A DNA stretch of 64,000 bases from Chrysemys picta bellii (lineage: Eukaryota): NCBI RefSeq assembly GCF_011386835.1, contig NC_088797.1:34410001-34474000 (forward strand), in the 5' to 3' direction. Below, in pieces: positions 1 to 10,799 of the stretch (its first letter is position 1; every line of letters begins with the position of its first letter). The notes beneath the pieces are model-generated. The model saw only the letters and a program-made list of their open reading frames with translations, did no database searches and was not told the DNA's origin. The position numbers and the translations under genes were made by a program.

Positions 1-380
1 ATCCACAACAAGGAGGAAGTGGAATTGGGAGGGGTGCAAATACAAACCAGAATTAGAAGACAGGTAGAGACTTCAGTCTAAGGAAAGTTGGAAGAGACTG
101 GGGCTGTTTAGTTCAGATAAGGGACATCGGAGAGTTACACAAAATAGTAACTGGCATAGAGAAGGCAGACTGGGGACTCCATTTACCCCCAAAGTTGATG
201 CAGGAACAAAGAGACATTGAGTGAAATTAAAGAGGCAATACATTTAACACCAAAGAAAGGAAACAAGCACTGAATTAGTCTGTGGAACTCACTTCCACAA
301 GCTATGACTGGGGACAAGAGCCTAGCAGGATTCACAAAAGGGCTGGACACATCTGTGGATAATGGGAACATGTCCAGGTA
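1..380 (+). mobile_element. CR1-type LINE 3' fragment (degenerate)
   Basis: The purine-rich segment 'tgtggaactcacttccacaag...ggattcacaaaagggctggacacatctgtggataatgggaac' resembles the ORF2 end/3' UTR of reptile CR1 LINEs. Recognised from memory, not by database search. Confidence 0.6.
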
Positions 381-1307
381 TGTCAGACAGGAGAAGAGGC
401 TATAAGGGATGCAGACTCTTCAGCCTCAGGGCACAACCCAGCCCCTAAGGGAGCAGGGGGTTCCTCATGGGCAGAACATAGTCCTCCACACTGGAGTTTC
501 TTGTGCCTTCCCTTAAACCATCTGAGCCACTCCCAGAGGCAGGGCATAGGGCTGGAGAGGCACAGCTTGGGTCTGGGCTGGCAGCCCACAGGGCTGTTCC
601 ACAGACTGAAAGTTGTTGCATTTGGGGAGCTTTCCTGGCTTGCTTGCTGCAAAAAGAATTTTTTTCTCCAACTGGGGCACACACTATCCCAGGGCAGAGT
701 CCTGGGGATGCCAGCCTGCTCAAAGCCCTTGAGCCCTCCAGCTCCCCCACTTGTATCCTGTGCCCCCAGAACTCCCCTGGACCCTAACCCTGCAACCAAC
801 CTCCCCATGGTCACAGCAACCATTGCCCCTTCCCTTCCAGCATACCCCTTTGCCCCCTCACTCATGCCTCAGCCTACATATCACACCCCCAGTCCTGCAC
901 CATCACACCTCCAATTACACCATAGTTACACCAACCATAGCTTCCCCCCTTACTCCTACTCCAGCTCCCATGTTCCTCCCCGACACCCCACTCCTAACCC
1001 AGAGCCATCCCCATCCCCTTAGCTTTCCATATCCCAGTACCCCACACACCCTGCCTGTGCCCCCATCCCATACACTTAGCTCAAGTTCCCCTACTTGTAC
1101 CCCAGCTACCCATGCTCCTCTCTCTTGGCCCCCTGTACTCTTCCCTCCCCCATAATCAGCCCCTCCCGCTGAGTCACAGAGTTTAAGGCCAGATCATGTA
1201 ATCTCCTGTATATCACAGGCCACCAGCACCACCCCACCCCGCATACTAAACCCAACAATCCCTTCCCTGGCCCATGCATTCCCGCCGCCCCCCCCGCCAA
1301 CTCTCAC

Positions 1308-1496
1308 CTGTCGCTGTCCCCCTGGGACAGCCCCCGCCGGGTCCCCGATGCCCAGGGCGCTCTCCACGGTTCCCTTCTGCATTTCTCTCAGCAGTCCCAG
1401 CTCCAGGATCCCGGCCAGGCTGGCCTGAAGCCGCTCCCCGATCCGCACTCGGTCGCTCCCGGACCAGAGGGAGGGCGGCACAGCTCTGCGGGCCAT
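1308..1496 (-). CDS. DACT4: First coding exon of a DACT/Dapper-family gene, probably DACT4 (partial; further exons lie left of the window)
   Basis: The ATG at 1496 (minus) encodes MARRAVPPSLWSGSDRVRIGERLQASLAGILELGLLREMQKGTVESALGIGDPAGAVPGGQRQ (63 codons). It ends at a CAG|GTGAGA donor (GT at 1307-1306), phase 0. The core RIGERLQASLAGILELGLLREMQKGTVESAL matches the DACT N-terminal motif (human DACT1 [31 protein letters not shown]). The exon is CpG-rich. Family assignment is strong; DACT4 identity is inferred from synteny. Confidence 0.75.
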
Positions 1497-1977
1497 GAGG
1501 ACCGCCGGGGCAAGCGACACCGATCAGCGGGGTGGGGGTGGGGGCTTGCACCGGGGAAGGGACTGGGGGCGCAGCTCCTGGGGAGGTACATACACCGGGA
1601 ATAGGAAAAAAATAGAACTGGGGGCAGTGTATGCACCAGGGGCAGGATCGACTAGGCGAGGAAGGAGGTGCAGCAACCAGGACTCACCGGGTACAGCAGC
1701 TGCAGAGGGAAGTGTGCACCGCAAGCAGGAGCAGGATGCCGGGAGGGGGGTAAATTGCATGCACGGGGCAGGATGGGTGGGAGAGTAAATTACATCCACC
1801 AGCAGCAGGGGTGCTGGTAAGTCGCATGCACCGGGAGTAGGCTGGGGGATGATAAGTTGGATGCACCATGGGGGAGCTGGACGCACAGAGGCAACCCCCA
1901 GAAGCCGCCACCGGCTCCTCTTGCCAGGGACTTTCAGCACACACAGCAGCTCAAACAAAGGGGCTGGTTTTGAAAGA

Positions 1978-2019
1978 GTCACGTGGGGGCGGGGCCAAAG
2001 GCCCCGGGCTCCTGATTGG
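1978..2019. promoter_or_regulatory. Promoter module (E-box/CLEAR-like, GC box, CCAAT) between the divergent DACT-like and LC3C-like genes
   Basis: GTCACGTGGG at 1978-1987, an overlapping GGGGCGGGGC at about 1986-1995, and ATTGG (CCAAT on minus) at about 2015-2019, in a CpG-containing segment. Confidence 0.5.
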
Positions 2020-2644
2020 GTCCGACCCGGGCAAAACATTTCGTAGAACGAAGTGAGGATCAAAGGGGAGTAGACGGTAAATCCTGTATCCCCTCCCCCC
2101 CCCCCGTGCACCAGGGGGCCAAAAACCCATTAGACCCTCCCTCAAATGCACTATGGGGCAAATACCCGCAAACACACCCCGAGGGGTAAAATAACCCCAC
2201 TGCACCCCCCAGAATACAGCATAGGGGGCACAGGCCCCCATTACCCCATGGGAGGGTGAAATGCCATCCAAATCCTGCGAGGGGCCAATGTCCCCAAATC
2301 CTTCCCCCAGTGAGGGGCAGATTCTCCCCCAAATATAGCCCCAGCTCCCTTGGGGACAGGTCACTTCCCCATGCCCCGGACCAGCGACACCTCCCATAGC
2401 AGCCCCGGGCCCGACCCCACCTTGGCCGGCGGGGGGAGTGGGCCTTGGGAGTGACTGTGAGTCCGTGCCTGGGCTTGTTCGTCCATTCTCTCTCCCCCTC
2501 TTCCACCCCGGGGCCCAGCCATGTGGGCTCCTGCTTGCGGCTCTTTACGGAGCCAGGCAAAGGGATTCAATAACCATGCGGCCGAATTCCCCTCTAGCCG
2601 CTGGACGTGCATGGGGTGTCGGAGGTGGGGGCACCGCAGGGGGC

Positions 2645-2930
2645 AGGGGCAACTAATACACCTCCCTCTTTATCGCACATCCATGGGTGGCGGGGACAAT
2701 TAACAGATCCCCCTCTATCCCCATCATAGGGGGCAATTAACTGACCCCTCTACCATAGAGAGCAGGGGTAATTAACAGACTCCTCTCTACCCCCCATCCA
2801 TGTGGGGCATGGGCAATTAACAAGACCCCTCGGCCCCTCTGTTCCCCCATCTTAGAGGACAGGGGCAATTAACAGATAACCGCTTCCATCCCCATCATGG
2901 GGGGGGGGTACAGTTAACAGACTCCCTCTT
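2645..2930. repeat. Degenerate minisatellite (35-52 bp units) with core GGGGCAATTAACAGA
   Basis: (C/T)AATTAAC at 2697, 2734, 2769, 2814 and 2866, with variants at about 2650 and 2911. Most copies are followed by a CCCCTCT..CCCCATC tract. Confidence 0.8.
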
Positions 2931-3139
2931 CTCTGAGCAGAAGCAAAATCAGCCCATAGAGAAGAAAAACCCTCCCCCCGCTTCAGTGCCCTGCTCCCCA
3001 CCAGGAGCCCCCAGTCCCGTCAGGGCCCTTGCGCTCCCCAGTAGCAGCAGGGACCTGGCCTTAGGGATTCCCCCGCGGGCGGGGCGAGTTGCAGGGGGAT
3101 CCTGCTGCAGCTGGAGCAGCGCTGCGGCGCAAGCGGCGC

Positions 3140-3147
3140 TATTTAAA
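3140..3147 (+). promoter_or_regulatory. TATA-like box of the LC3C-like gene
   Basis: TATTTAAA 50 nt upstream of the ATG at 3190, in GC-rich context. Confidence 0.55.
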
Positions 3148-3189
3148 GGGCTCCGGGGGGTAGGCGAGCCCCGCTCAGCACCCTGCAAG

Positions 3190-4681
3190 ATGCTGCCAGT
3201 TACCAGCAACCGGGAGCCCCGCGCTCCCTTCAAGCAGCGGAAATGCTTCGGTGAGAGAGGAGCCCCTGGGCGGGTCCCTGCAGGGAGAGACTGGTTAATT
3301 CGAGGGTAGGGCGTCCCCTGTGGGGAAGCCCCTGGGCGGACCTCGGGGTGCCCTGCCCTCTTCCCCTCTGTGGGCTCGGAGCGGAGAGCCCCCCCGCCCC
3401 AGGAGCTAAACAAGGGGGCTGGACTGGAGCTCCCCCTGCATCTGGGGTGCGGGGAGACCTGCTCCGGGCTGGCTGCCTGTCCCTGCCCCACCCCCGGCGG
3501 GGGGCCGGCCCGGCCCGGATGGTCCGTCTGAGTATCCAGATCTCAAAGGGTGCTGCCCGCGCGGGGTCTCTCACGATTTTCAGGGGTCTCTGCTGGGGGA
3601 AGCCTTGGCTCGGCCCCCGTGACTGTGACCCTCCTTCCCGGGTCCGCTTCTCATTCCAGCTACTAGGAAACGCGAAGTAGCCGCGGTCCGCTCCAAGTTC
3701 CCCAGCAAACTCCCGGTGAGTGGGCAGGGCGACCGCTTGGCGGGAGGAGGTAGGGCGTGGGGGGCGCTTAGCGTGTAGCCTGGGGCCAAGGACACCAGCC
3801 ACTGCGTGGGAAATAGTCCCTCACCTCTTCTCTTCCCCCCCCCCACTCCGCAGGTGCAGGGAAAGGGTTGGGGGGGGGTGCCCATCTCAGCAGCGTGGCC
3901 TCAGGGAGGGGTGCTGCCTCCCTCCCTTTCCCACGTGTCTGTTTTCCAGGTGATCCTGGAGCGGTACCCCAAGGAAAAGGTGCTGCCAGCATTGGATAGA
4001 ACCAAGTTCCTGGTCCCTCAGGAGCTGACCATGGGGCAGTTTGTGACCATTATCCGGTAAGAGAAGAGAGGAGGTGTGTGATTGGAGGTGGGGGTCTGGC
4101 TTGGTATTGCACCCTTGGTGTCTGTGCCCCAGGTGCTGCTTCTGTCTCTGACCTGAGACACCATAGGGGGGGTGCTGTGACCTGGGCAGTCATTAGCCCC
4201 CTTAGGATGCCCCTGGCTGTGTTTCAGGGGTGCCATACAGCTTTGGGAGAGGTGCTACCAAAGGCTAATGCAGAGACTGCAGCTCTCTGAACAGCCCTTT
4301 CTTGTTCCAGGATGCCCTGGGTAGGGGACCCCTGTTCTCCTTGGCTGCTGTTGTGGGTTAAGTGCAGGGGTGGCTGTGAGCAAGTACAGGCAATGCCCAG
4401 GTAGTGCAGTTCCCCCCTGGGCAAGGCAGGCAGTGGGTGCTCTCAGGGGAGACCAGTCAGTGCTTTCCCTTCTTACCTTCAGATGGGACTCAGCTCTCCT
4501 GCCTTCTTGCTTCTCCAGGAACAGGATGGCCCTCAGCTCTACCCAGTCGTTCTACTTGCTGGTGGATGGTAGCCGGAGCCTGGTCAGCATGTCACTCACC
4601 ATGACTGAGGTGTACACACTAAACCGAGATGAGGACGGGTTCCTCTACATGACCTACGCCTCCCAGGAGATGTTTGGCTAA
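3190..4681 (+). CDS. MAP1LC3C-like: MAP1LC3C-like ATG8-family protein, 4 exons, 128 aa
   Basis: Exons 3190-3250, 3660-3715, 3950-4056 and 4519-4681, all GT-AG and phase-consistent (387 nt). Protein: [128 protein letters not shown]. The motifs [16 protein letters not shown] and SLVSMS are LC3C-type. Confidence 0.93.
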
Positions 4682-6078
4682 GGCCACTGGTTGCCTCGGA
4701 CTCCTGGTCTTCTGAGAGGAGCCATTCTTGCCCATTCTAATGTTGCTGCTTGGTAAATGGTGTCATCCCACCCCCTCCGGTCAGAGTAGGAATGATATTC
4801 CTACCTGGCCAGTGGGGCATCTACCCTGGTGTGCTGAGATGCCAAGGAACCTGCCCATTTCCTTCCTTCCCCAGGTGGGTGCCTGGGTAGACTTGCTTCA
4901 AAGGGAAAGATCTGACTCCAGAGTGAGGGCCCCTTTAGCTCAGAGCAAGTGCTTTCACCCTGTGTCATGCGGTGCCCATGGGATGGTCCTTTCTGTGTTG
5001 TGGGGATAGTCACACCCACCAGTCTCTTGCACTGGTGCCAGTGTGATTCTCTCACCCCCCCCCCCGTGAGACCAATAGGACCCCATTGCTTAAGGGGTGG
5101 TGTTGTAGGACACTGCTCAGTGCTGGCTCCGAGTTCCTGCTGCACCACCTGGGGCTGCTAAAGCCCAGCCTGTTCCCTCTGACCTTGGGATAGAACTCTC
5201 ATGGTAGTAGCTTTTGGAATAAGAGGAAGTAAACTTATCTTCCAGCAACTTTCCTAGCCCCAATGCTGACCCACTGGAGACCCTTCACCTCCCTGAACAG
5301 GGGTGAACCTCCTCCTCGAGGGCAGCCCTAGCTGTGGGGTAGACTGGTTCTCTTGTAAGGGAGGTTGAGTGGTGCAGGAGGGAAGGTAATCCTGCACATG
5401 GAATAAGCGTGGTCTGTCCTTTAGACTGCACATGTGTTCTCTTTAGAAGCATACCCTGTAACCACTAGTTAACCGTTAAACATGTTTCTGTAAATGCTTG
5501 TCTGTGTGAAATGGGACTGGCAATCCAATCCAGCATGGCTAAGCCACTGCAGTTGCTGAGAGTAATGACTGCACTGAGAGCTCCCCTGCCAGGTGCAAGC
5601 AGCTCATGCCACCAGTCAGTAGAGAGGCCTGAGGGGAGTGCACTAGTTACAGCTGTATTTAGAGCACATGGTCCCTTGGGCCTGTTATCTTGGTGCAAAT
5701 AACCTGTCCTGGATGGGAGGTTCTGTGCTGTGGTAACCCTGTCCTGGACCCACAACTGCTTAGCAGGCCCCAGTCTGAGCATTGTTTAGCTGGTGTGGTG
5801 TACTTTCCTCTCCAGTGCTGCGTAAAAGCTCTTGGATGCCGTGCTGGAAGCCTGTCTTCATTTCAGACAGATTACAGGCTGCTTTCTGCTGGCGGCTGTC
5901 ACTGATTCGGCAGTGGGCAAAGGAAAGCTGGGTTAAAAAGGCCTGTGTTATCTAAGCACCCAAAGCTTCTAAAGGTGTAGAGCAGGAGGGGGCTGAGATA
6001 GCAGCTAGTGTCTTTCCTGCTCCCTACAACGTGTGCATATACCAGGACCTCTCCTTCCATTGCTGCTGGGAAGACTGA

Positions 6079-6084
6079 TTTATT
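6079..6084 (-). terminator. Candidate polyadenylation signal for ZBTB3
   Basis: TTTATT on plus (AATAAA on minus), about 2.3 kb downstream of the ZBTB3 stop. Confidence 0.35.
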
Positions 6085-8382
6085 GCAGGGAGGGGAAGCA
6101 TCTGTTCTCATGTTCTGGGAACATGCTCGAGGAGGCTGGAGCATCCACTAAATAGGCAGTTCCTGTTCTGTACCCTGCTCTGGAGTCCCAGTCTGTTGAT
6201 TGCAGAGACTCCTGCACCAGACAGATGTAAAGAGGGACTTGGAACTGTGTGTGAGAATTTTTCCTCTTCAGAGTTGAGGGGAGTAGAAAAATTTCTTCCT
6301 GATTCTCACTTTCCTACAAATTAATTCTCATCTGGGTGGGAGTTCTGCCCCTAGTACAAAGCACCTTGGAGGCCCCCTTTCCATGGCACAAGAGTGATCT
6401 TCTTGTGCTGCTTCTGGAGTCTGGCTAAGGCAGGTAGGTGCACAGCAGTTTGAAGCTGGAAATCCCATCAGAAGGGGGGGCTTTAAGGGTCTCCCCTCTG
6501 GAGTTGGCCAGAAGCCTGGGTTTGTCCCCCTCCGCTCACCTCATTCTTCTCATGCTATTCTTAGCAGGGTTGAGTAAACTATGGAATCTCTCCTCAACCA
6601 GCCCTTGTGAGTGGGGCTTGGTGCTGTTCATCTCTAAGGCCCTGCTCCAGACCAACAGTGGCTAAATGACCATATCACCCCACCAAGGGGGTTGCCTCAG
6701 GCCAACTGCCTGTGTAATAAGGTAGGAGCCACAAAGACTGAACTCCCTCCTCCACTGTAGGAGTGAATCATGCAGGTTGCGCTGCCGCAGCCTGTCCTGC
6801 AGATAAAGGGACTTCTTTGTCGGCCTGAGCCAGAGAGGCCAGAGCTGCAGTGGAGCTGACCCCTCTAATGACACCAAAACGTGCTGGAGAGAAGACCACA
6901 GCACAGACAGCAGAAGCACTTGGTGCTAGTTTTACTATTGAACTTTTGTCCTGGGCAGTGACCCCAACTCCCGGCTTTGTACAGAAATGAGTCCTAGAAG
7001 CACTTTCACTCTGGGCTTTATATTTAGAGGATCAAATGATGAGTCAGATAAAAGATGGCTGCTCTGGGCTGTTGGGTTTGGTAGGTGGAGAAGGGCTGAT
7101 ATGAGGACAGTTTAGCAGCACAGCAGCTTCTGGAGTCTGTCCCTCCTGCTGCATTCACTGCTGGGGCAGTGTGGGGGAACAAAGATGTATTGACTGGGAG
7201 GGGCAACTTGAGCTTAAAGAGCTAGGGCCATGGGGTGGTCTTGAGCAGTCAGGGGCCCAAATACTGCCATAACACTAAAAACAATAGGAATCAAACTCTT
7301 AGCCTGGAACCTTAGGAGGGTTTTCACAAGCAGGTTTCTTGGCTGTAGGCGTTGTCTACCAATCTGCCCTTGCGCCCAAAAGCTCAACAGTTAGCAGCAC
7401 AGACAAAACTGGTACAAACCATTCCATGCAAATAACCCACCTTTCACCTTTTTGTCCCTTCCTGGGTGGTTTGCAGAAGGGCTAGTTGGCCCTAACGTCT
7501 CATAGCTGCTGGGAACTTAGCCTCTGGGATGTTGGGCTACTCCCTGCTCATTCCTGGGGGGCTGGAAGGGCCACAACCATTGGTGGGAAACCATTTTTTT
7601 TTAAAACTCACTTTATATCCTCTTGAAAAGAGAACCATGATTTACTTAAAAATACAACCCTAAAAGCAGAGCCTCTGTCTAAGGGGGATTAAGATGAATG
7701 AGAGTAACCTTCAAGGAGAGTGTGTCTGTCTGGGCATAAGTATTTATGCCAAGTTAAAAATAACCAAGAGAAGGGGTAGCGCTGGGAGTGGATGGTGGGG
7801 GAAGTGAAGGTTGTGTGTCTGCTCAAACTCACTCTGAAGCAATCACTCTAAACCCCTCTCTGTGAAGAGCTCCTGCCCAGGGTGGTAATAACCCTGACAG
7901 TCAGATACTGTCCTGGGTCTGACCTCCCACCTGCTGTGACCCACTCTGAGCATAAATATATGTGGAAGTGTTTCCTGGTTAGAATTTAAATTATTCTGAT
8001 CAATGCAGCTATTTCCAAACTATTTACAAAGCTGGCAGCAGTCCAAGGGGGGAAAGGCCAGTGTAGTGTGCCCAGCACAGGTCTACCCTGTATAAGAAAT
8101 GACAGTGACTCCTTCCGGCAGGCAGGGAGGTGGTACATGTGGCTTGGGCAGGAAGACAACTGATCAAGGGCATGAACCAGAGCAGCTGCTGGTTTGGAGT
8201 GAGGCCCCTGTTTCTATGGTCGCTGTGGCTCCTGATTAGAGTTCAAAATTCCCTGCTAGCATCTGGGGGGGCCTCACCACACCTCCAACCCATTTCTACA
8301 GGAGAGAATCCAAAGGCTTCCCCTGTACTGCTGAGGAGCGTCCGGCTTGTCCTAGATCCCTGGGTGGGGTAGATGTGGTTCA

Positions 8383-9780
8383 CTACGAGGGGTTCTCCAC
8401 GTCCTGTTTACAGCGCTTGGCTGCCAGGTCTTCATTGTGGGCCTTGCGGATGTGCCTGTACAGGTCCCCAGACTGGGTGTAGCTCCGCATGCAGTAGCGG
8501 CACTCATAGGGGCGCTCGCGCGTGTGCACAGTGGCATGGCGCCGCAGTGTGTAGGAGCAGGAGAAGGTCTTGCCGCACGTCTTGCAGGTGGGGACGTCCT
8601 CAGTGAAGATACCGAAGTTGGGGTGTGCCTCGTACTCTGGCAGGTACATCTGCTCATGCAGCGGTGGTGTCACCATGTTGGAGTAGCCCTGTCCACCCGG
8701 CACTGGGATCATGTGGTAGGGGAGATGCTCCTGTGGAAGGAAGCCGCCCTCTGAGGACACCTCCTCTATGCCACCAGGCTCCTCAAAGCCATCGGGGTGG
8801 CGACTGCAGCCCCCAGCTGGCCCCACCTCCACTGTGGGCCTCTGGAAGATGCTCTCCATCCTCATTTCCATGCTCCGCCTCTCCAGCTGCTCCACTGTGT
8901 CCGGCTCCTCGTCAGAGATCACAATGGCTTCCACCTTCACTTTGATGGGACCCCTGTCCAGCTCCTTGGGGTAGAAGCCATCTAAGTTGCCCACCCGTGG
9001 CTCCACGGCTAAGCTCTCAGGGATGGTTTCCAGGCCGGATGGTGCCTCTGCCACATTGCCTGGGGGAAAGTAGCTGTGGGAGATGGTTTCGGTGGAGCTG
9101 CTGGGGCTGGACAGGGAAACGTCTGCAGTGACTGGGGGGAGAGGCCTACCCAAGACAGGGCCACGGGGGGAGTCGCCCTCCATGCCTGGCTGGGTAGTAT
9201 CTGCCATGTCTGCAGTTGGTGCTGGAGGCTGCTGGGGGCCTGCTTTCTCCAAGGGGTTATTCTTCCACTCCTCCTTCTTGTTCTTTCCTGCCTCACACAG
9301 ATGCAGAGGTGGTGGCAGGACCTCAGGGCTCTGCAGCTGGCACTTGGAGGTGCTGGGCAGGAACTCAGAGCTGGCTGGGGAGTCCTCCTCCTTCTTAGTG
9401 CTGTCAGCCTCTGCCAGTGCCCGTGCCTGCAGCTTCTTCTTGCAGACCTTGACAATGTCATTCATGTGCAGGTAGCTTGCAGCAGCCAGCACATCCTCCA
9501 CTGGAGTGTCATTGAAGGCCAGCATGCCCTGGTACATGAACTCCAGCAGCAGCCCGAAGGCTGGTGCTGTGACAATCTCATTGTTGATGCAGACCAGATC
9601 CCGCTTGTCCAGCCGCTCCTTGTAGAACATGTGGAAGAAGGTGCTGCAGGAGGCCAGCACGGCCCGGTGTGCTAGGAACTGGGTGTTGCCCACCATGATG
9701 GTGCAGTCGCAGAGGAAGCCCTGGTGTCGCTGCTCTCGCAGGCTCTGCAGCAAGTGCTTACTGTGGTCAGGGAACTCCAT
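8383..9780 (-). CDS. ZBTB3: Zinc finger and BTB domain-containing protein 3, single coding exon, 465 aa
   Basis: N-terminal BTB domain [26 protein letters not shown]...[14 protein letters not shown] closely matches human ZBTB3. Two C-terminal C2H2 fingers ([21 protein letters not shown]; [22 protein letters not shown]). A splice acceptor (cttcag|cATG) lies immediately upstream. Confidence 0.96.
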   Translation of the reverse strand: MEFPDHSKHLLQSLREQRHQGFLCDCTIMVGNTQFLAHRAVLASCSTFFHMFYKERLDKRDLVCINNEIVTAPAFGLLLEFMYQGMLAFNDTPVEDVLAAASYLHMNDIVKVCKKKLQARALAEADSTKKEEDSPASSEFLPSTSKCQLQSPEVLPPPLHLCEAGKNKKEEWKNNPLEKAGPQQPPAPTADMADTTQPGMEGDSPRGPVLGRPLPPVTADVSLSSPSSSTETISHSYFPPGNVAEAPSGLETIPESLAVEPRVGNLDGFYPKELDRGPIKVKVEAIVISDEEPDTVEQLERRSMEMRMESIFQRPTVEVGPAGGCSRHPDGFEEPGGIEEVSSEGGFLPQEHLPYHMIPVPGGQGYSNMVTPPLHEQMYLPEYEAHPNFGIFTEDVPTCKTCGKTFSCSYTLRRHATVHTRERPYECRYCMRSYTQSGDLYRHIRKAHNEDLAAKRCKQDVENPS

Positions 9781-10799
9781 GCTGAAGGGAGGTCAGGAGG
9801 ATGGAGCAGCAGTTGGCATAACCCTGAGCCCCCTGGGAGTGGGGGGGGAGAGAGAGAATCAGAGTTACCTTGCAGATGAAGGGGGTAAGGAAACATCCCT
9901 TCCCCACTAGACTGCCCCATAAGGGGCCCATCCCTCATGCTTCATATCTGTCCCCTTGCTGCCTCAGTCTGAGCTCCGTTCCTTCTTGGGCTCTACTGGG
10001 GCCTCACTTGCCCTGCACCTTTCATTATCTGTCCCTTACCCGCCCCCATCCCTTTCCCCTTCAGCCTGTTCCATTGTGGGCCCTCACACCTCATGTTGAG
10101 CCTCTCTATTCCCCTCCCGCTGCAAAGTGCCCTATCCAGAATCTCCTCTTCCTGTGGGCTACAGTAGCCAGAAGCCCCTACTCCCATCATCCCCCTAGGC
10201 AGGGCCCCCGCCCCAGGGTCAGGCTAGAAGCTGGTGCCCCCCAATATTCCCCAGCATTGGCTGTTGGCTAGAGCAGGCATCCCCCATTCTAGCATGGGTG
10301 GCGTGTGTTAACATGGCCCTGTCTCACCTTCCCCTAGTGACCCTGAGATGGGAGAGGAGCCTGCAGGGGTGTTAACCTGGGAGGGGAGAGGGCTGGCGTG
10401 GGGGTCTCTGCTCTAGGGATGGGGCCTGGGTGGGGAAGCCTGGGCAGGGAGGAGGTGGTTGCCCCCCACATTACAGCAGAAACTAGGCGAGGGGCACTTG
10501 GGGGTCCCAGGGGAGGGAGGTCAGGCCAGGGCTGCTCGGAGGGGGGGCAGGCAGAGGGCTGATTGGGGGGTGGGAGGAGCCGGGCTCAGGGGGATCCTGG
10601 TTTAGGGGGCTAGGGCCAGAGAGCGCCTGTCTCAGTTGGGGGGAGCTGGGCCGGGGGGTCCCGGTGGGGGGGGGGAGGGGCCGGTTCTGGTCCCGCGTGA
10701 GGGGAGCGGGGAGGGGCACGTTCTGGTCCCGCATGAGGGGAGCGGGGCCGGGGGGATCCCGGTGCGGGGGGAGGCGAGGGCGACTAGTCCCGGCTCAGG

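Noticed and set aside
383-1155. ORFs of 100-173 aa in the C-rich segment, checked as possible DACT exon 2
   Set aside because: No DACT exon-2 motifs (e.g. DSRPSSGFY) and no clear splice boundaries. Consistent with skewed intron sequence.
8352-9910. Many overlapping ORFs on both strands within ZBTB3
   Set aside because: Alternative-frame and antisense shadows of a GC-rich coding exon.
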